From the NCBI GenBank assembly GCA_017561885.1, contig JAFZBF010000032.1:3618-67617 (forward strand): a stretch of DNA of 64,000 nt, written 5' to 3'. The stretch is from Bacteroidales bacterium. Lineage in GTDB: Bacteria; Bacteroidota; Bacteroidia; Bacteroidales; UBA932. The notes beneath the pieces were generated by a model. It did not search any database. It saw nothing but the letters and a program-made list of their open reading frames with translations, and was not told the origin of the DNA. Of the stretch, positions 18,089 to 28,247 are shown in pieces. Each line of letters opens with the position of its first letter. The stretch's first letter is position 1. The translations under genes were made by a program, and so were the position numbers.

Positions 18089-18787
18089 ATGATTTACGAA
18101 GAACTCCCTCTGGAACAATACGAAGACATCGCTTCCCGCATCCTTTATGAGGACAACCACGTGCTTGTCATCAACAAGAAGGTGGGGGAGATCGTGCAGG
18201 GCGACAAGACCGGCGACGAGGCTCTGAGCGAGACGCTCAAGCGTTTCATAGCACAGCGCGACGGCAAGCCCGGCCGCGTGTTTATGGGAGTACCGCACCG
18301 TCTGGACCGTCCTGTCAGCGGAGTGGCTCTGTTTGCAAAGACCAGCAAGAGCCTTGAAAGGATGAACGAGGCTTTCCGCAACGGTTCCGTCCACAAGATA
18401 TACTGGGCCCTGACCTGTGCCGCTCCGAAACCCGAAGAAGGCGAGCTGAAGCATTACCTCGTGCGCAACGAAAAGCAGAACAAGTCGTATGCGAGCCTTC
18501 AGCAGAAACCAGACTCGAAGGAAGCCAGGCTGCGCTACAAGCTTCTGCAGTCCTTCGACCGATACTATCTGGTCGAGGTGGAGCTGCTCACCGGCAGGCA
18601 TCACCAGATCCGCTGCCAGCTCTCTGCCATCGGCTGCTGCATCAAAGGCGACCTGAAATATGGGGCGCCGCGCTCCAACAAGGACGGCGGAATCTGCCTG
18701 CACGCACGCAGCATCACCTTCCCGCATCCTACGCGGAAAGATGAAATAACGGTTGTCGCTCCTGTGAGCTGGCCTCCGTTCCTCTAG
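18089..18787 (+). CDS. RluA-family pseudouridine synthase
   Basis: Catalytic motif HRLDRPVSGV and the TGRHHQIR motif. Confidence 0.85.
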   Translation: MIYEELPLEQYEDIASRILYEDNHVLVINKKVGEIVQGDKTGDEALSETLKRFIAQRDGKPGRVFMGVPHRLDRPVSGVALFAKTSKSLERMNEAFRNGSVHKIYWALTCAAPKPEEGELKHYLVRNEKQNKSYASLQQKPDSKEARLRYKLLQSFDRYYLVEVELLTGRHHQIRCQLSAIGCCIKGDLKYGAPRSNKDGGICLHARSITFPHPTRKDEITVVAPVSWPPFL

Positions 18788-19647
18788 TCGAAAATCACGG
18801 TTTTGTTCCTGAACACCAGAATCTTGCGGTCGATGTGCTTTACGACTGCACGGGACAGTACTATCTTCTCCAGGTCGCGTCCCTTGCTGACAAGAGTCTC
18901 CACGCTGTCCTTGTGTGTGATGCGGGCCACGTCTTGCTCGATGATGGGGCCGGCGTCCAGTTCGGCATTCACATAGTGGCTGGTGGCGCCGATAATCTTG
19001 ACTCCGCGCTCATAAGCCTGATGATAAGGCTTGGCTCCTACGAAAGCCGGCAGGAACGAGTGGTGGATATTGATGATCTTGTTGGGATAGCTGGCTATCA
19101 TCTCGTCGCTGATTACCTGCATGTAGCGGGCGAGGACGATGAACGTCACGCCGTTCTCCTTCATCAGCTTGAGCTCGGCGGCTTCCTGCGTGGCCTTGTT
19201 TTCCGGTGTAATCTCGAAAACGTGGAAGGGGATGCCGAACTGATCTGCAATGGGCCTGAGGTCTTCGTGGTTGCTTATGATCAGAGGAATGTCGACGTTC
19301 CATTCACCTGCCGAATACCTTGCCAGAATGTCATAGAGACAGTGTGACATCTTTGAGACGAAAATGCACATGCGGGGCTTCTGGTCAGAGAAGTAAAGCC
19401 AGAATTCCATTCCGTACTTGTTGGCGTAGAGGGTCTGGAAATACTCGCCGATGCGGTCCTTGGGAATCAGGAAACGCTCGAGCTGCCACTCTATCCTCAT
19501 AAAGAAGGCGTTTGCGCCATGGTCAACGTGCTGGTCAAGGTTGACGATGTTACCCTTGTTGACGGTGATGAAGTTGGTGATTTCGGCAATGATGCCCGGA
19601 GTGTCCTGACAGTGGATCAGCAGAATGGCGTTCCCTTGATTGTCCAT
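18784..19647 (-). CDS. purU: Formyltetrahydrofolate deformylase
   Basis: N-terminal ACT-like domain (LLIHCQDTPGIIAEIT) plus a formyltransferase core (IINIHHSFLPAFVGAKPYHQAYERGVKIIGATSHYV..LDAGPIIEQDV). Confidence 0.9.
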   Translation of the reverse strand: MDNQGNAILLIHCQDTPGIIAEITNFITVNKGNIVNLDQHVDHGANAFFMRIEWQLERFLIPKDRIGEYFQTLYANKYGMEFWLYFSDQKPRMCIFVSKMSHCLYDILARYSAGEWNVDIPLIISNHEDLRPIADQFGIPFHVFEITPENKATQEAAELKLMKENGVTFIVLARYMQVISDEMIASYPNKIINIHHSFLPAFVGAKPYHQAYERGVKIIGATSHYVNAELDAGPIIEQDVARITHKDSVETLVSKGRDLEKIVLSRAVVKHIDRKILVFRNKTVIFD

Positions 19648-19755
19648 TTTGGTCTTCAGTTATGGAATGAGCCGCAAAAATACCATTTTTTTCCGAATGA
19701 GTACTGCACATCTGCCAATTTGTCGCACTGTCGCCTGTTGGCAAATAATTTGTTC

Positions 19756-19763
19756 TATCTTTG
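19756..19763 (+). promoter_or_regulatory. Candidate -7 promoter box TATCTTTG (TAnnTTTG) upstream of grpE
   Basis: Exact match to the Bacteroidetes -7 consensus, ending 22 nt upstream of the grpE ATG (19786). A TGCCAA..TTGGCA inverted repeat lies just upstream. Confidence 0.35.
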
Positions 19764-19785
19764 CGACACATAAAAAACGTATACT

Positions 19786-20388
19786 ATGTCAAAGAAAAAC
19801 AAACATATGGATCATAAAAAAGATGAAGAGCAGAAGGCTGCAGCAAACCAGGATGCTCCTCAGAACGAAGAAGTGAAGGAAGAGGCCGCACAGCAGGAAG
19901 AACCTGCCGAGGAACCTGCCGAGGAACAGCCGGCGTCCGGGGAAATTGAAGAACTTAAGGGCAAGCTTGATGAAGCAAGCGACAGATATCTGCGACTGGC
20001 TGCAGAATTCGACAACTACCGCCGCCGCAGTGCAAAGGAGCGTATGGACCTGATATCGCTCGCCAACGAGAATCTGGTCAAGGAACTCCTCCCGATTATC
20101 GACGATTTCGAAAGGGCGCTTGCAGCTATGAAGGATTCCGACGACGCGGCTTCTGCAAAGGAAGGCACCGAGTTGATCTACAACAAGATGGTCGCTTTCC
20201 TGAAGAAGAACGGCGTCAGTGAAATCGATGCCCTCGGCAAGGAATTCGACACCGATTTCCACGAGGCTGTGGCTCAGTTCCCCGTAGACGACAAGAAAAA
20301 GAAAGACAAGGTTATAGACGTCACCCAGAAAGGATACACGATGGGTGAGAAAGTCATAAGATACGCCAAGGTTGTGATAGGCATCTAA
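19786..20388 (+). CDS. grpE: Nucleotide exchange factor GrpE
   Basis: Acidic N-terminus, then RLAAEFDNYRRR and the GrpE C-terminal beta domain (VIDVTQKGYTMGEKVIRYAKV). It lies directly upstream of dnaJ. Confidence 0.92.
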   Translation: MSKKNKHMDHKKDEEQKAAANQDAPQNEEVKEEAAQQEEPAEEPAEEQPASGEIEELKGKLDEASDRYLRLAAEFDNYRRRSAKERMDLISLANENLVKELLPIIDDFERALAAMKDSDDAASAKEGTELIYNKMVAFLKKNGVSEIDALGKEFDTDFHEAVAQFPVDDKKKKDKVIDVTQKGYTMGEKVIRYAKVVIGI

Positions 20389-20409
20389 ACCTGAGGCAAG
20401 GAGGCTTAT

Positions 20410-21567
20410 ATGGCAGAGAAAAGAGATTATTACGAGGTCCTCGGAGTCGAGAAGACTGCCACTGAGGATGAGATCAAGAAGGCTTACCGCAAGAAAGCCA
20501 TCCAGTACCATCCTGACAAGAACCCCGGTGACAAGGAGGCAGAAGAGAAATTCAAGGAGGCTGCAGAAGCATACGACGTGCTTAGCAACCCTGAGAAGCG
20601 TGCACGCTATGACCGCTTCGGCCATGCCGGAATGAGCGGTGCGGCGGGCGGCCAGGCAGGCGGATTCTCTATGGAGGACATCTTCGAACAGTTCGGAGAC
20701 ATCTTCGGAGGCCGTTTCGGATTCGGAGGATTCTCAAGTATGTTCGGCGGCAGCGGAGCCCGCGGACAGAGGGTTACGAGGGGCAGCGACATCCGTATCA
20801 GGGTGAAACTCACTCTCGCCGAGATAGCCCACGGCGTGGAGAAGAGGGTCAAGATCAACAAGATGATGGTCTGCCCTGACTGTCACGGACGCGGGGCGGC
20901 CAGCGAGGCGGACATAAAGACCTGCGAGCACTGCAACGGCACAGGTGTGATCACCAAGCTGCAGCAGACTATCCTCGGCCAGATGCAGACCCAGCAGCCT
21001 TGTCCGTACTGCAACGGAGAGGGCCGCAGGGTTGTGACCCCTTGCAAGAAATGCAGCGGATCCGGACTGGTCAAAGGCAGTGAAGAAATCAGCTTCAAGA
21101 TACCTGCAGGCGTAAGCGACGGTATGCAGCTCACCATCCAGGGCAAGGGCAACGCGGCCAAAAACGGCGGAATCAACGGCAATCTGCTCGTAGTCATCGA
21201 GGAAGAACCGGACCCGCAGCTGGAGCGTGACGGAGACGATCTGATCTACAGCCTGTTCATTTCTGTTCCTCAGGCTATCAACGGCTGCCAGGTGGAAATC
21301 CCGGCAGTCGACGGCAAGCTCAAGATAAAGGTGGAACCCGGGACCCAGCCCGGCAAGGTGCTGCGCCTCCGCGGCAAAGGTCTTCCTTCTGTGAACGGCT
21401 ACGGCACAGGAGACCTTCTGGTCTTCGTACAGGTGTGGATACCTAAGAAACTGGACAGGGAAGAGAAGGAAATGATGGCGAAACTGGAGACCAGCGAGAA
21501 CTTCAAGGCCAATCCGAGCCAGGACGACAAGAATCTGTTTGAAAGAGTAAAGCAATTCTTCTCATGA
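20410..21567 (+). CDS. dnaJ: Molecular chaperone DnaJ
   Basis: J domain ([22 protein letters not shown]), G/F-rich region and four CxxCxGxG zinc-finger repeats. Confidence 0.95.
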   Translation: MAEKRDYYEVLGVEKTATEDEIKKAYRKKAIQYHPDKNPGDKEAEEKFKEAAEAYDVLSNPEKRARYDRFGHAGMSGAAGGQAGGFSMEDIFEQFGDIFGGRFGFGGFSSMFGGSGARGQRVTRGSDIRIRVKLTLAEIAHGVEKRVKINKMMVCPDCHGRGAASEADIKTCEHCNGTGVITKLQQTILGQMQTQQPCPYCNGEGRRVVTPCKKCSGSGLVKGSEEISFKIPAGVSDGMQLTIQGKGNAAKNGGINGNLLVVIEEEPDPQLERDGDDLIYSLFISVPQAINGCQVEIPAVDGKLKIKVEPGTQPGKVLRLRGKGLPSVNGYGTGDLLVFVQVWIPKKLDREEKEMMAKLETSENFKANPSQDDKNLFERVKQFFS

Positions 21568-23264
21568 TACATTCCGTCCGTACAGCCCTCCTGTCATTAT
21601 TCGCCGCGCTGTCTCCATTCTTCTGTATGGCGGTGACTGACAGCACGGTCGTGATCAGCCACGGAAAGCCCCTGGACCTGCCTATGTCCTTCGCTGCTTC
21701 GTACGGCGAGTTGAGGCACGACCATTTCCACGGGGGACTTGATTTCCGCACCGGAGGAAAGACCGGCGATCCGATCCATTCCATAAAGGACGGCTATGTG
21801 AGCCGTATCAGTGTTTCTACTACCGGCTACGGCAACGGCATCTACATCACCCATCCGGACGGGACGATGTCGGTATACGGACATCTTCTGTCATTCAGGA
21901 ACGACATAGCTGAACGCGTGCTCCAGGAACAGTATGACAAACGTTCGTTCTCGGTGAACATACTGCTTGATCCGGATGAATTTCCTGTGAAGCAGGGAGA
22001 CGTGATCGGCAAGGTCGGCAATACAGGCTCGTCCGCAGGGCCCCACCTGCATATGGAAGTGCGCAGGGACGATGGCAATACCCCGTTCAACTATTTCAGG
22101 GACGGCTATTATTCTGTTCCTGACACTCAGACTCCGGTGATACAGAGAATCGCCGTGTATGCCTGGGAAGACAGCACAGGAATACCTGTGTCACGCAGGC
22201 TCAGGATGCTTTCCGGAAAGTATTCAGAGAGCGTGATAAGCGTTCCGGCCAAGTCTTATCTCGGAATAGACGCCATAGACAAGATGGAAGGCACTACGGG
22301 ACGTCTCGGCGTCGAGAAATATAAGGTGCTCCTGGACGGAAAGCCTCTTTTCGAATTCAACGTCGGCGACTTCAACTACGACATAGACAAATATATCAGA
22401 AGCACCATAGCCACAGGCGAGACCGGGATGGACTTCATCAAGACGCAGGTGGATCCCGGCAACCTTCTGGCCAAGACCAAGATTGTCGCGACCAACGGGG
22501 GCGTCATCGAACTTGACGACTATGAACGGCATAAGGTGACGGTTGAATGCAGCGACATCTTCGGCAATACGGCCAGGGCCGTGCTGTATCTCCGCAGGGA
22601 TGACTCCGTCAAGGCTGATTCGCCTCTCGGAGAGAATATCCAGACCGTTCCTATGCTGTGGTACACTCCCAATACCCTTGTCCTCGAAGGAATGAGCGTC
22701 GCAGTGCCGCTGGGCGCATTGTACAACAATGTAGCTTTCCAATACGGAAAGATTGCGGATGCCGACACGACGCTCGGCTTCTATTCTCCGGTCTGGCAGC
22801 TGGGCGACGACAGGCTGGCTCTCCATACCCCTTTTACCGTCACGATTCCCGTGGGTTACGACGAGGCTATTACGGACAAAATGCTGCTTGCCAGGGTAAG
22901 CTCTGACGGCAAACTGTCCGGGGCCGGCGGCAATGTCAGCGACGGAATGCTCAGCGCTTCGGTCCGTCCGGGTATCTACTGTGTGGCCAGGGATACCGTG
23001 GCTCCTGTCATAAAACCTGCAGTTCAGAACGGCGGCAAGGTGACAGGAAGCAGCTTCAGGATATCGGCTTCCGACGATCTGTCCGGTATTGCGAAGTACG
23101 AGGTATTGGTGGACGGTGAATGGACCCTTTCTTCCCTCAAGAACAACAGCATAACTGTCTATCTTTCAGAAGACAGACTGCGCCGTGGCCGCCACGGTGT
23201 AGAAGTGACGGTTACGGATGCTGTGGGCAACAGCGCCGTGACCAGTTTCGAGATTGTCTGGTAA
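21564..23264 (+). CDS. M23 family metallopeptidase (LytM/lysostaphin-type) with a long C-terminal extension
   Basis: HFHGGLDFR and [15 protein letters not shown] motifs. N-terminal signal-like segment. The ATG overlaps the dnaJ TGA (ATGA at 21564..21567). Confidence 0.85.
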   Translation: MIHSVRTALLSLFAALSPFFCMAVTDSTVVISHGKPLDLPMSFAASYGELRHDHFHGGLDFRTGGKTGDPIHSIKDGYVSRISVSTTGYGNGIYITHPDGTMSVYGHLLSFRNDIAERVLQEQYDKRSFSVNILLDPDEFPVKQGDVIGKVGNTGSSAGPHLHMEVRRDDGNTPFNYFRDGYYSVPDTQTPVIQRIAVYAWEDSTGIPVSRRLRMLSGKYSESVISVPAKSYLGIDAIDKMEGTTGRLGVEKYKVLLDGKPLFEFNVGDFNYDIDKYIRSTIATGETGMDFIKTQVDPGNLLAKTKIVATNGGVIELDDYERHKVTVECSDIFGNTARAVLYLRRDDSVKADSPLGENIQTVPMLWYTPNTLVLEGMSVAVPLGALYNNVAFQYGKIADADTTLGFYSPVWQLGDDRLALHTPFTVTIPVGYDEAITDKMLLARVSSDGKLSGAGGNVSDGMLSASVRPGIYCVARDTVAPVIKPAVQNGGKVTGSSFRISASDDLSGIAKYEVLVDGEWTLSSLKNNSITVYLSEDRLRRGRHGVEVTVTDAVGNSAVTSFEIVW

Positions 23265-23271
23265 ACCTGGA

Positions 23272-24303
23272 TTATTCCAGGATTTTCCGGCAGGAGGCCT
23301 TTGCTGCTTCCAGAATTTCTATTGTCCTGTCGCAGAAATCGTCGAATTCCGGATCGGGTGTCTGGCATTCCGGATGCGACATTATATAGTCCACTGCAAT
23401 CTTGACTCCGCGGCTGAAAGGCACCTCTGGTACGAAACCGGGCACTGCGCGCAGCAGCTTGCTCTGGTCGAACACTACTGAATAGGCCTTGTCTCCCAGC
23501 AGGCTGCCTTCGAAATCGAGCTGGGGGGCTACATCTGCCAGGAAACGGGAGGTGACGTAATAAGGCTTGAAATCGACACCCAGAGCGTCAGCGATGCACT
23601 GATATATCTGGTTCCAGGTCAGAGTCTCTCCGGAGGTTATCTGGAAGGCCTCGCCAAGAGCTAGAGGATTGCCCATCAGCCCTGTGAAGGCTTTGGCGAA
23701 ATCGCTGTTGAAAGTCAAGGTCCACAGCGAAGTGCCGTCTCCGTGAAGGATCACCGGCTTGCCGTCCAGCATACGTTTCAGAACAGAGAAATTGCCGTTG
23801 CGGCCGTGTACGGCCAAAGGAATCTTGCGTTCGTCGTAGGTGTGGCTGGGACGGATGATCGTCACAGGGAATCCTTCTTCGCGGTATTTCTCCATAAGGA
23901 ACTCCTCACATTCGATTTTCTCCCTAGAGTATTCCCAGTAAGGGTTTGCGAGAGCCGTGCCTTCGGTGATGACGTAATCCCGGGGCGGCTTGTTATAGGC
24001 AGAAGCCGTGCTGATGAACATAAACTGGGCTGTCTTCCCTTTGAACAGCCTGTAGTCCCGCCTTATCTGCTCGGGATGGAAACATATGAAATCGCAGACT
24101 ACGTCGAAACTGAGTCCCTGCAGTTTCGCAGCTACGTCGGCCTCATCGTTGATGTCAGCCCTGATTTCTTTCAGGTTGCCGCTGAGAATGCTGTTGCGGC
24201 TGCCTCTGTTGACCAGATACAGCTCGTTGTCCGGATTTGAGAGCACCCTTTTTGAAATTGCGGTGCTTATGGTTCCGGTTCCGCCTATAAATAGTACTTT
24301 CAT
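23272..24303 (-). CDS. NAD-dependent epimerase/dehydratase family (extended SDR) protein
   Basis: N-terminal Rossmann motif MKVLFIGGTGTIS. Length of 343 aa fits this family. Confidence 0.75.
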   Translation of the reverse strand: MKVLFIGGTGTISTAISKRVLSNPDNELYLVNRGSRNSILSGNLKEIRADINDEADVAAKLQGLSFDVVCDFICFHPEQIRRDYRLFKGKTAQFMFISTASAYNKPPRDYVITEGTALANPYWEYSREKIECEEFLMEKYREEGFPVTIIRPSHTYDERKIPLAVHGRNGNFSVLKRMLDGKPVILHGDGTSLWTLTFNSDFAKAFTGLMGNPLALGEAFQITSGETLTWNQIYQCIADALGVDFKPYYVTSRFLADVAPQLDFEGSLLGDKAYSVVFDQSKLLRAVPGFVPEVPFSRGVKIAVDYIMSHPECQTPDPEFDDFCDRTIEILEAAKASCRKILE

Positions 24304-24320
24304 CGGTTCGGGATATTAGA

Positions 24321-25715
24321 TTATTCAGGGATGAAATCAGAATATGAAGAAGAAGGAGCCGGCTGGTCGTCTTCATCAGTCGTGACTGTCTCGTCAGGCT
24401 GTGAAGGAACGGTCTCTGCCACCGCTTCTGTTTCAGCTGCTGCCTCCACTACAGGCTTTTCTCCGGCTTCTTCGGGTTCGACAGGTTCTTCTTTGTCAGT
24501 ATTCTTCTCGGTCAGGATGATGATGACGCTGCAGGTAATGATGCTGAAGAGGACCACTGCATAAGCGACGTCCTGTATGGCCTGGCAAGATCTGAGCATC
24601 CACTCCGGCTGATTGGTGGCCTGCGCCCATTGCAGAGGCAGAGAAGAAAGAACGGCTGCCACAAGTCCTTTCGGGCCGAGTACGCGCAGCATCCGGCGGT
24701 CTCTTTTGTTGAGGCCTTTCTTGCCCATACAGCTCATCGTGAGGTATCTGGTTCCGAACATCAGTGCAGTGAATATCGCACCGACGAGAAGGTAGTACCA
24801 GTTGTTGAACTTGATGCTGATGCCGACGTATACAAAGAAATAGGTCTGCAGGATGAACACGATCTCGGAGTAGAAGTTGCGGTCGTTTGCACTCAGGCTC
24901 ATCGCCTCAGCCCTGTCGGCCATCGATTTCTTCGCGATAGGAGACATATGGTAGTTTGCCACGGCGATACCGAATGCAAGTATCGCCATACCTCCGTTCA
25001 GTCCGATGAGGTTGGTGAAACCGTATACGATGAATGCGAGGGCGAAGGTCGTGAACATCGAGTTCTTCAGGCTGGACAGCAGATTCTTGAGGATGACGAT
25101 CCACGCAAATCCTGCCAGGACGCCTATGGCCAGGGATCCAAGCATCGAGAGTGCGATGTCCTTGGCAATGATACCGGGATCGATGTCTCCCGTTCCGAAA
25201 CTCTCCAGCAGGGACATCGCGATGATCAGGCAGACGATGTCGCTCAGCGCCGATTCCAGATTCAGGATGGTGGCGGCTTTTTCAGAAGGTTTGAGCTGGT
25301 TGACCATGGGAATCACCACGGCTGAGGAAGTACCGCCGAGAGCGGCGCCGAGGAAACAGCAGTGAATGAATTTGAGGTCGAGCATATACATTCCCAGCAG
25401 CACGCTGATACCCACGATCACTACGAAGTTCAGCAGTGTCGCGAGCAGGGCGGGGCCGATGGATTTTCCGAGAACTTGGAGGTCAAGCGTGGTTCCGCTC
25501 TGGAACAGTATGCAGATAAGGGTTATCGTGGTGAATACGCTGCCGGCCGTTCCGAAGGATGCAGGATTTATCAGGCCGGTTATGGGGCCGAGGACAAGGC
25601 CGATGAGCATCAGCAGCAGAACAGTCGGTATTTTGGTCTTGGCGAAAGCTGCGCCGAAAATGTGGGACAGGAAAATCAGCAGTCCAAGTGCAATCAGAAT
25701 AATAGAAATGTCCAT
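24321..25715 (-). CDS. Cation:proton antiporter (Na+/H+ exchanger family) with an acidic C-terminal tail
   Basis: Roughly 11-12 predicted TM helices throughout, followed by a hydrophilic E/P/T-rich C-terminus. Confidence 0.75.
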   Translation of the reverse strand: MDISIILIALGLLIFLSHIFGAAFAKTKIPTVLLLMLIGLVLGPITGLINPASFGTAGSVFTTITLICILFQSGTTLDLQVLGKSIGPALLATLLNFVVIVGISVLLGMYMLDLKFIHCCFLGAALGGTSSAVVIPMVNQLKPSEKAATILNLESALSDIVCLIIAMSLLESFGTGDIDPGIIAKDIALSMLGSLAIGVLAGFAWIVILKNLLSSLKNSMFTTFALAFIVYGFTNLIGLNGGMAILAFGIAVANYHMSPIAKKSMADRAEAMSLSANDRNFYSEIVFILQTYFFVYVGISIKFNNWYYLLVGAIFTALMFGTRYLTMSCMGKKGLNKRDRRMLRVLGPKGLVAAVLSSLPLQWAQATNQPEWMLRSCQAIQDVAYAVVLFSIITCSVIIILTEKNTDKEEPVEPEEAGEKPVVEAAAETEAVAETVPSQPDETVTTDEDDQPAPSSSYSDFIPE

Positions 25716-25840
25716 ACAGGATACGGATTTTTAGTACTTGTTAACAAATCTATTGCTTTTGAATTGAAAAAGCAAGGTGATAAGTGTTCTCTCATTCAGA
25801 TAATCTTTATAAATTTGTTGAAAACTAAACCAATCCGACT

Positions 25841-27388
25841 ATGAAGAAATATTTCATCAAAGTCCTGGCTGTCGCTGTTGCGGTATTGATGGCAAGCAGC
25901 GTCCAGGTCCAGGCTCAGAATCTTTTGAAAGGTCTTAAGGATGCTGCCAAGAAAGCTGTGGAAGAAACGGTGGGCACGACAGGAAACAGTTCATCATCTA
26001 CAACAACGACTTCTTCTGCCGGCTCCAGCATACTGAACAAGGCGGCTTCAGCGATTCCCGCCCCCAAAGGCAAGACGTACTATGTAAGTGTATCTACAGG
26101 TTCCGCCCGTGCAGACGGTCTCAGCCCCACTTCAGCAATGAAGGACCTGCAGAAAGCAATCGATACTGCCGAAGACAACGACGTCATATATGTTGCTGAA
26201 GGCAATTATCTCGGCAATCTCGACCGCGGCTACATAGAAGTCGGACAGTTCGGTAACGGCCAGAACGACAGGGGCAAGTTCCTGAGTTTCTACGGCGGTT
26301 ACTCCACCGATTTCAGCGAGCGTGACGTGATCAAGCATGTCACCAAGATCCAGCCGACTGACCAGAAGTTCATCGCTCCGCTGTTCAATATCAACGCCAG
26401 GAGGCCTTACGGATACACAGGGCCCATGGGTACTGTTGTCGTCGATGGATTCGTATTCGATATGGGAGAGAACAACCTGTATTTTGTGAAGAATGTGAAT
26501 GACGATGTTACCGGGACTCCTAACGACCGTGTGCTCACAGGACGTTTCATCGAGCCGGGCTCTTCAGTGTCTATGCCTACTGTAGGTTATGCCAACGGTG
26601 ACGAATATGGCCTCCATATGGATGTGGAAGGCAACGTACGAATAGCCAACTGTATTTTCGTAAACTGCCGCGACTATGGTATCCAGGCACTTATGGGCAA
26701 GGGCCACATGGAAGTCTGCAATAATATCTTCATCGCCTGCCGCTATGCAGCCTGCCAGGTGAAAGGCAATGTCAAGGATGATGACATTCCCGAGGTTTCC
26801 CTTGATTTCCACCACAATACCGTCCTCTTCACATGGACACGTACCAAGTCTTTCGAGGATATGGGACAGGGATTCCGCTTCATGAACGGCATCCGTACCA
26901 TCAATGTGTATAACAATATCTTCGGCTGCAACAGCAACTGTGCGGTAGAAAGGGTTTTCTATGAGTCAAACAAAGCTATGGAAGCCGCCAAGATAAGCAA
27001 CCTCTATGACAACTATTTCTTCGCCAACCGCAGGGATCTCGAACTTGCATCGTCAGGTGCTGCCACCATTTCTGTTCCTGCCGCAAGGATCGACGAGGCA
27101 GAACAGATCGGACCTAAGTTTGAAGGCAATATGGAAATGCCCGAGAACGAGGCTTTCATCAATGCTATCGACGACGCATACCTCGAAGGCTTCATGGGCC
27201 TGACAATCATCCAGTCACAAAGCTATAACGCCAATTCTGCCGCAAACCAGGTCAACCGTCTGTTCGGCCTGAACCAGCAGGGAAGCGAGATTGTGCGTCC
27301 CAGCATGTACTGCAACAAATACCCGTGGGAAAAGGCTAAAGACCTCTTCGGCAAGGTTGCCAACTACGGAGCCCAGATGCCCAAATAG
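25841..27388 (+). CDS. Secreted protein with a Ser/Thr-rich linker and a probable right-handed beta-helix fold
   Basis: Signal peptide MKKYFIKVLAVAVAVLMASSVQVQAQ. Linker NSSSSTTTTSSAGSS. A TYYVSVSTGSARADGLSPTSAMKDLQKAIDTAEDNDVIYVAEGNY block typical of beta-helix N-termini. Repeated N/C/I-rich turns. Confidence 0.45.
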   Translation: MKKYFIKVLAVAVAVLMASSVQVQAQNLLKGLKDAAKKAVEETVGTTGNSSSSTTTTSSAGSSILNKAASAIPAPKGKTYYVSVSTGSARADGLSPTSAMKDLQKAIDTAEDNDVIYVAEGNYLGNLDRGYIEVGQFGNGQNDRGKFLSFYGGYSTDFSERDVIKHVTKIQPTDQKFIAPLFNINARRPYGYTGPMGTVVVDGFVFDMGENNLYFVKNVNDDVTGTPNDRVLTGRFIEPGSSVSMPTVGYANGDEYGLHMDVEGNVRIANCIFVNCRDYGIQALMGKGHMEVCNNIFIACRYAACQVKGNVKDDDIPEVSLDFHHNTVLFTWTRTKSFEDMGQGFRFMNGIRTINVYNNIFGCNSNCAVERVFYESNKAMEAAKISNLYDNYFFANRRDLELASSGAATISVPAARIDEAEQIGPKFEGNMEMPENEAFINAIDDAYLEGFMGLTIIQSQSYNANSAANQVNRLFGLNQQGSEIVRPSMYCNKYPWEKAKDLFGKVANYGAQMPK

Positions 27389-27400
27389 GACTGCTGCCCG

Positions 27401-28123
27401 TCAGCGGGAAAGTTTGGCAAATTCACGTTTCGCACGCCTCATCTGGCGTGCGAATTCTTTATCTGCGTGCAGCCTTGCCACTACGGCGCTGGCCACAAGC
27501 CTTGCCGCATCGACGTCGCTCTGGAAGTGGACTCCGAGGATAACCCTGCTCTGTCCGTACTGATAGCCCCTTTCAAGGATTTCATCCTGCCTTTCCGGGT
27601 TGATCTCGGCCAGCAACAAGGCGATGCCCCAGCCGCGGACAGAATGACCGGAAGGGTAGGAGCCGCTGTAGCGCATGGACCTCTCGTCATCAGGCACCGG
27701 AGTGTGTTCGTCGAAATAGACGAAGGGCCTTCTGCGCATATATTCTTTCTTGCCGTGGTCCACTCCGTGGCGGATGTCGTACTTCGCTCTGGTCACCAGG
27801 TCGTAGATGGCCGGTGCGTTTTCCCTTGTGATCACGAAACCGAATGCAGGGCCGAAGTAGGTGAGGATGGAATCAGTGTCAGTCGAAGCGTCGGCTATGG
27901 CCTGTGTCAGACGGTCTCCGAAGCGCAGGCTCTTGTTCTTCTCGTAAAGCACGGAATCTGTCAGGAATTCCTGGCTGCCGTTCGCGGGAGGTGCGGGCAG
28001 ATAGATGAGGTCGTTGGGTATTTCTTCCTCCGGAAGGAATCCGATATCGTTCTGGGCGCGGAGAGGATTGCACAGCAGCAGGCCGGCAACCATTATCGCG
28101 ACAGTTATGCAATGTTTCTTCAT
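27401..28123 (-). CDS. Class A non-specific acid phosphatase (PAP2 superfamily), exported
   Basis: Full tripartite signature: KKEYMRRRP (KX6RP), PSGHS, SRVILGVHFQSD (SRX5HX3D). Signal peptide MKKHCITVAIMVAGLLLCNPLRAQ. Confidence 0.9.
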   Translation of the reverse strand: MKKHCITVAIMVAGLLLCNPLRAQNDIGFLPEEEIPNDLIYLPAPPANGSQEFLTDSVLYEKNKSLRFGDRLTQAIADASTDTDSILTYFGPAFGFVITRENAPAIYDLVTRAKYDIRHGVDHGKKEYMRRRPFVYFDEHTPVPDDERSMRYSGSYPSGHSVRGWGIALLLAEINPERQDEILERGYQYGQSRVILGVHFQSDVDAARLVASAVVARLHADKEFARQMRRAKREFAKLSR

Positions 28124-28247
28124 AAGTAGTGTCAGGTGTCAATAATTGAATATAAATGTATCAAATTCCACGATAATAATTGCCTTCGTGTCTGAAAAAA
28201 AAGTTATTTTTGTGCCAATTGTCAAATTTACACACCTACTAGAACCA

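Noticed and set aside
19789-21555. Minus-strand ORFs of 278 aa and 273 aa opposite grpE and dnaJ
   Set aside because: grpE and dnaJ are unambiguous. The antisense products are Leu/Phe/Val-rich mirror translations of the acidic and Gly-rich coding repeats.
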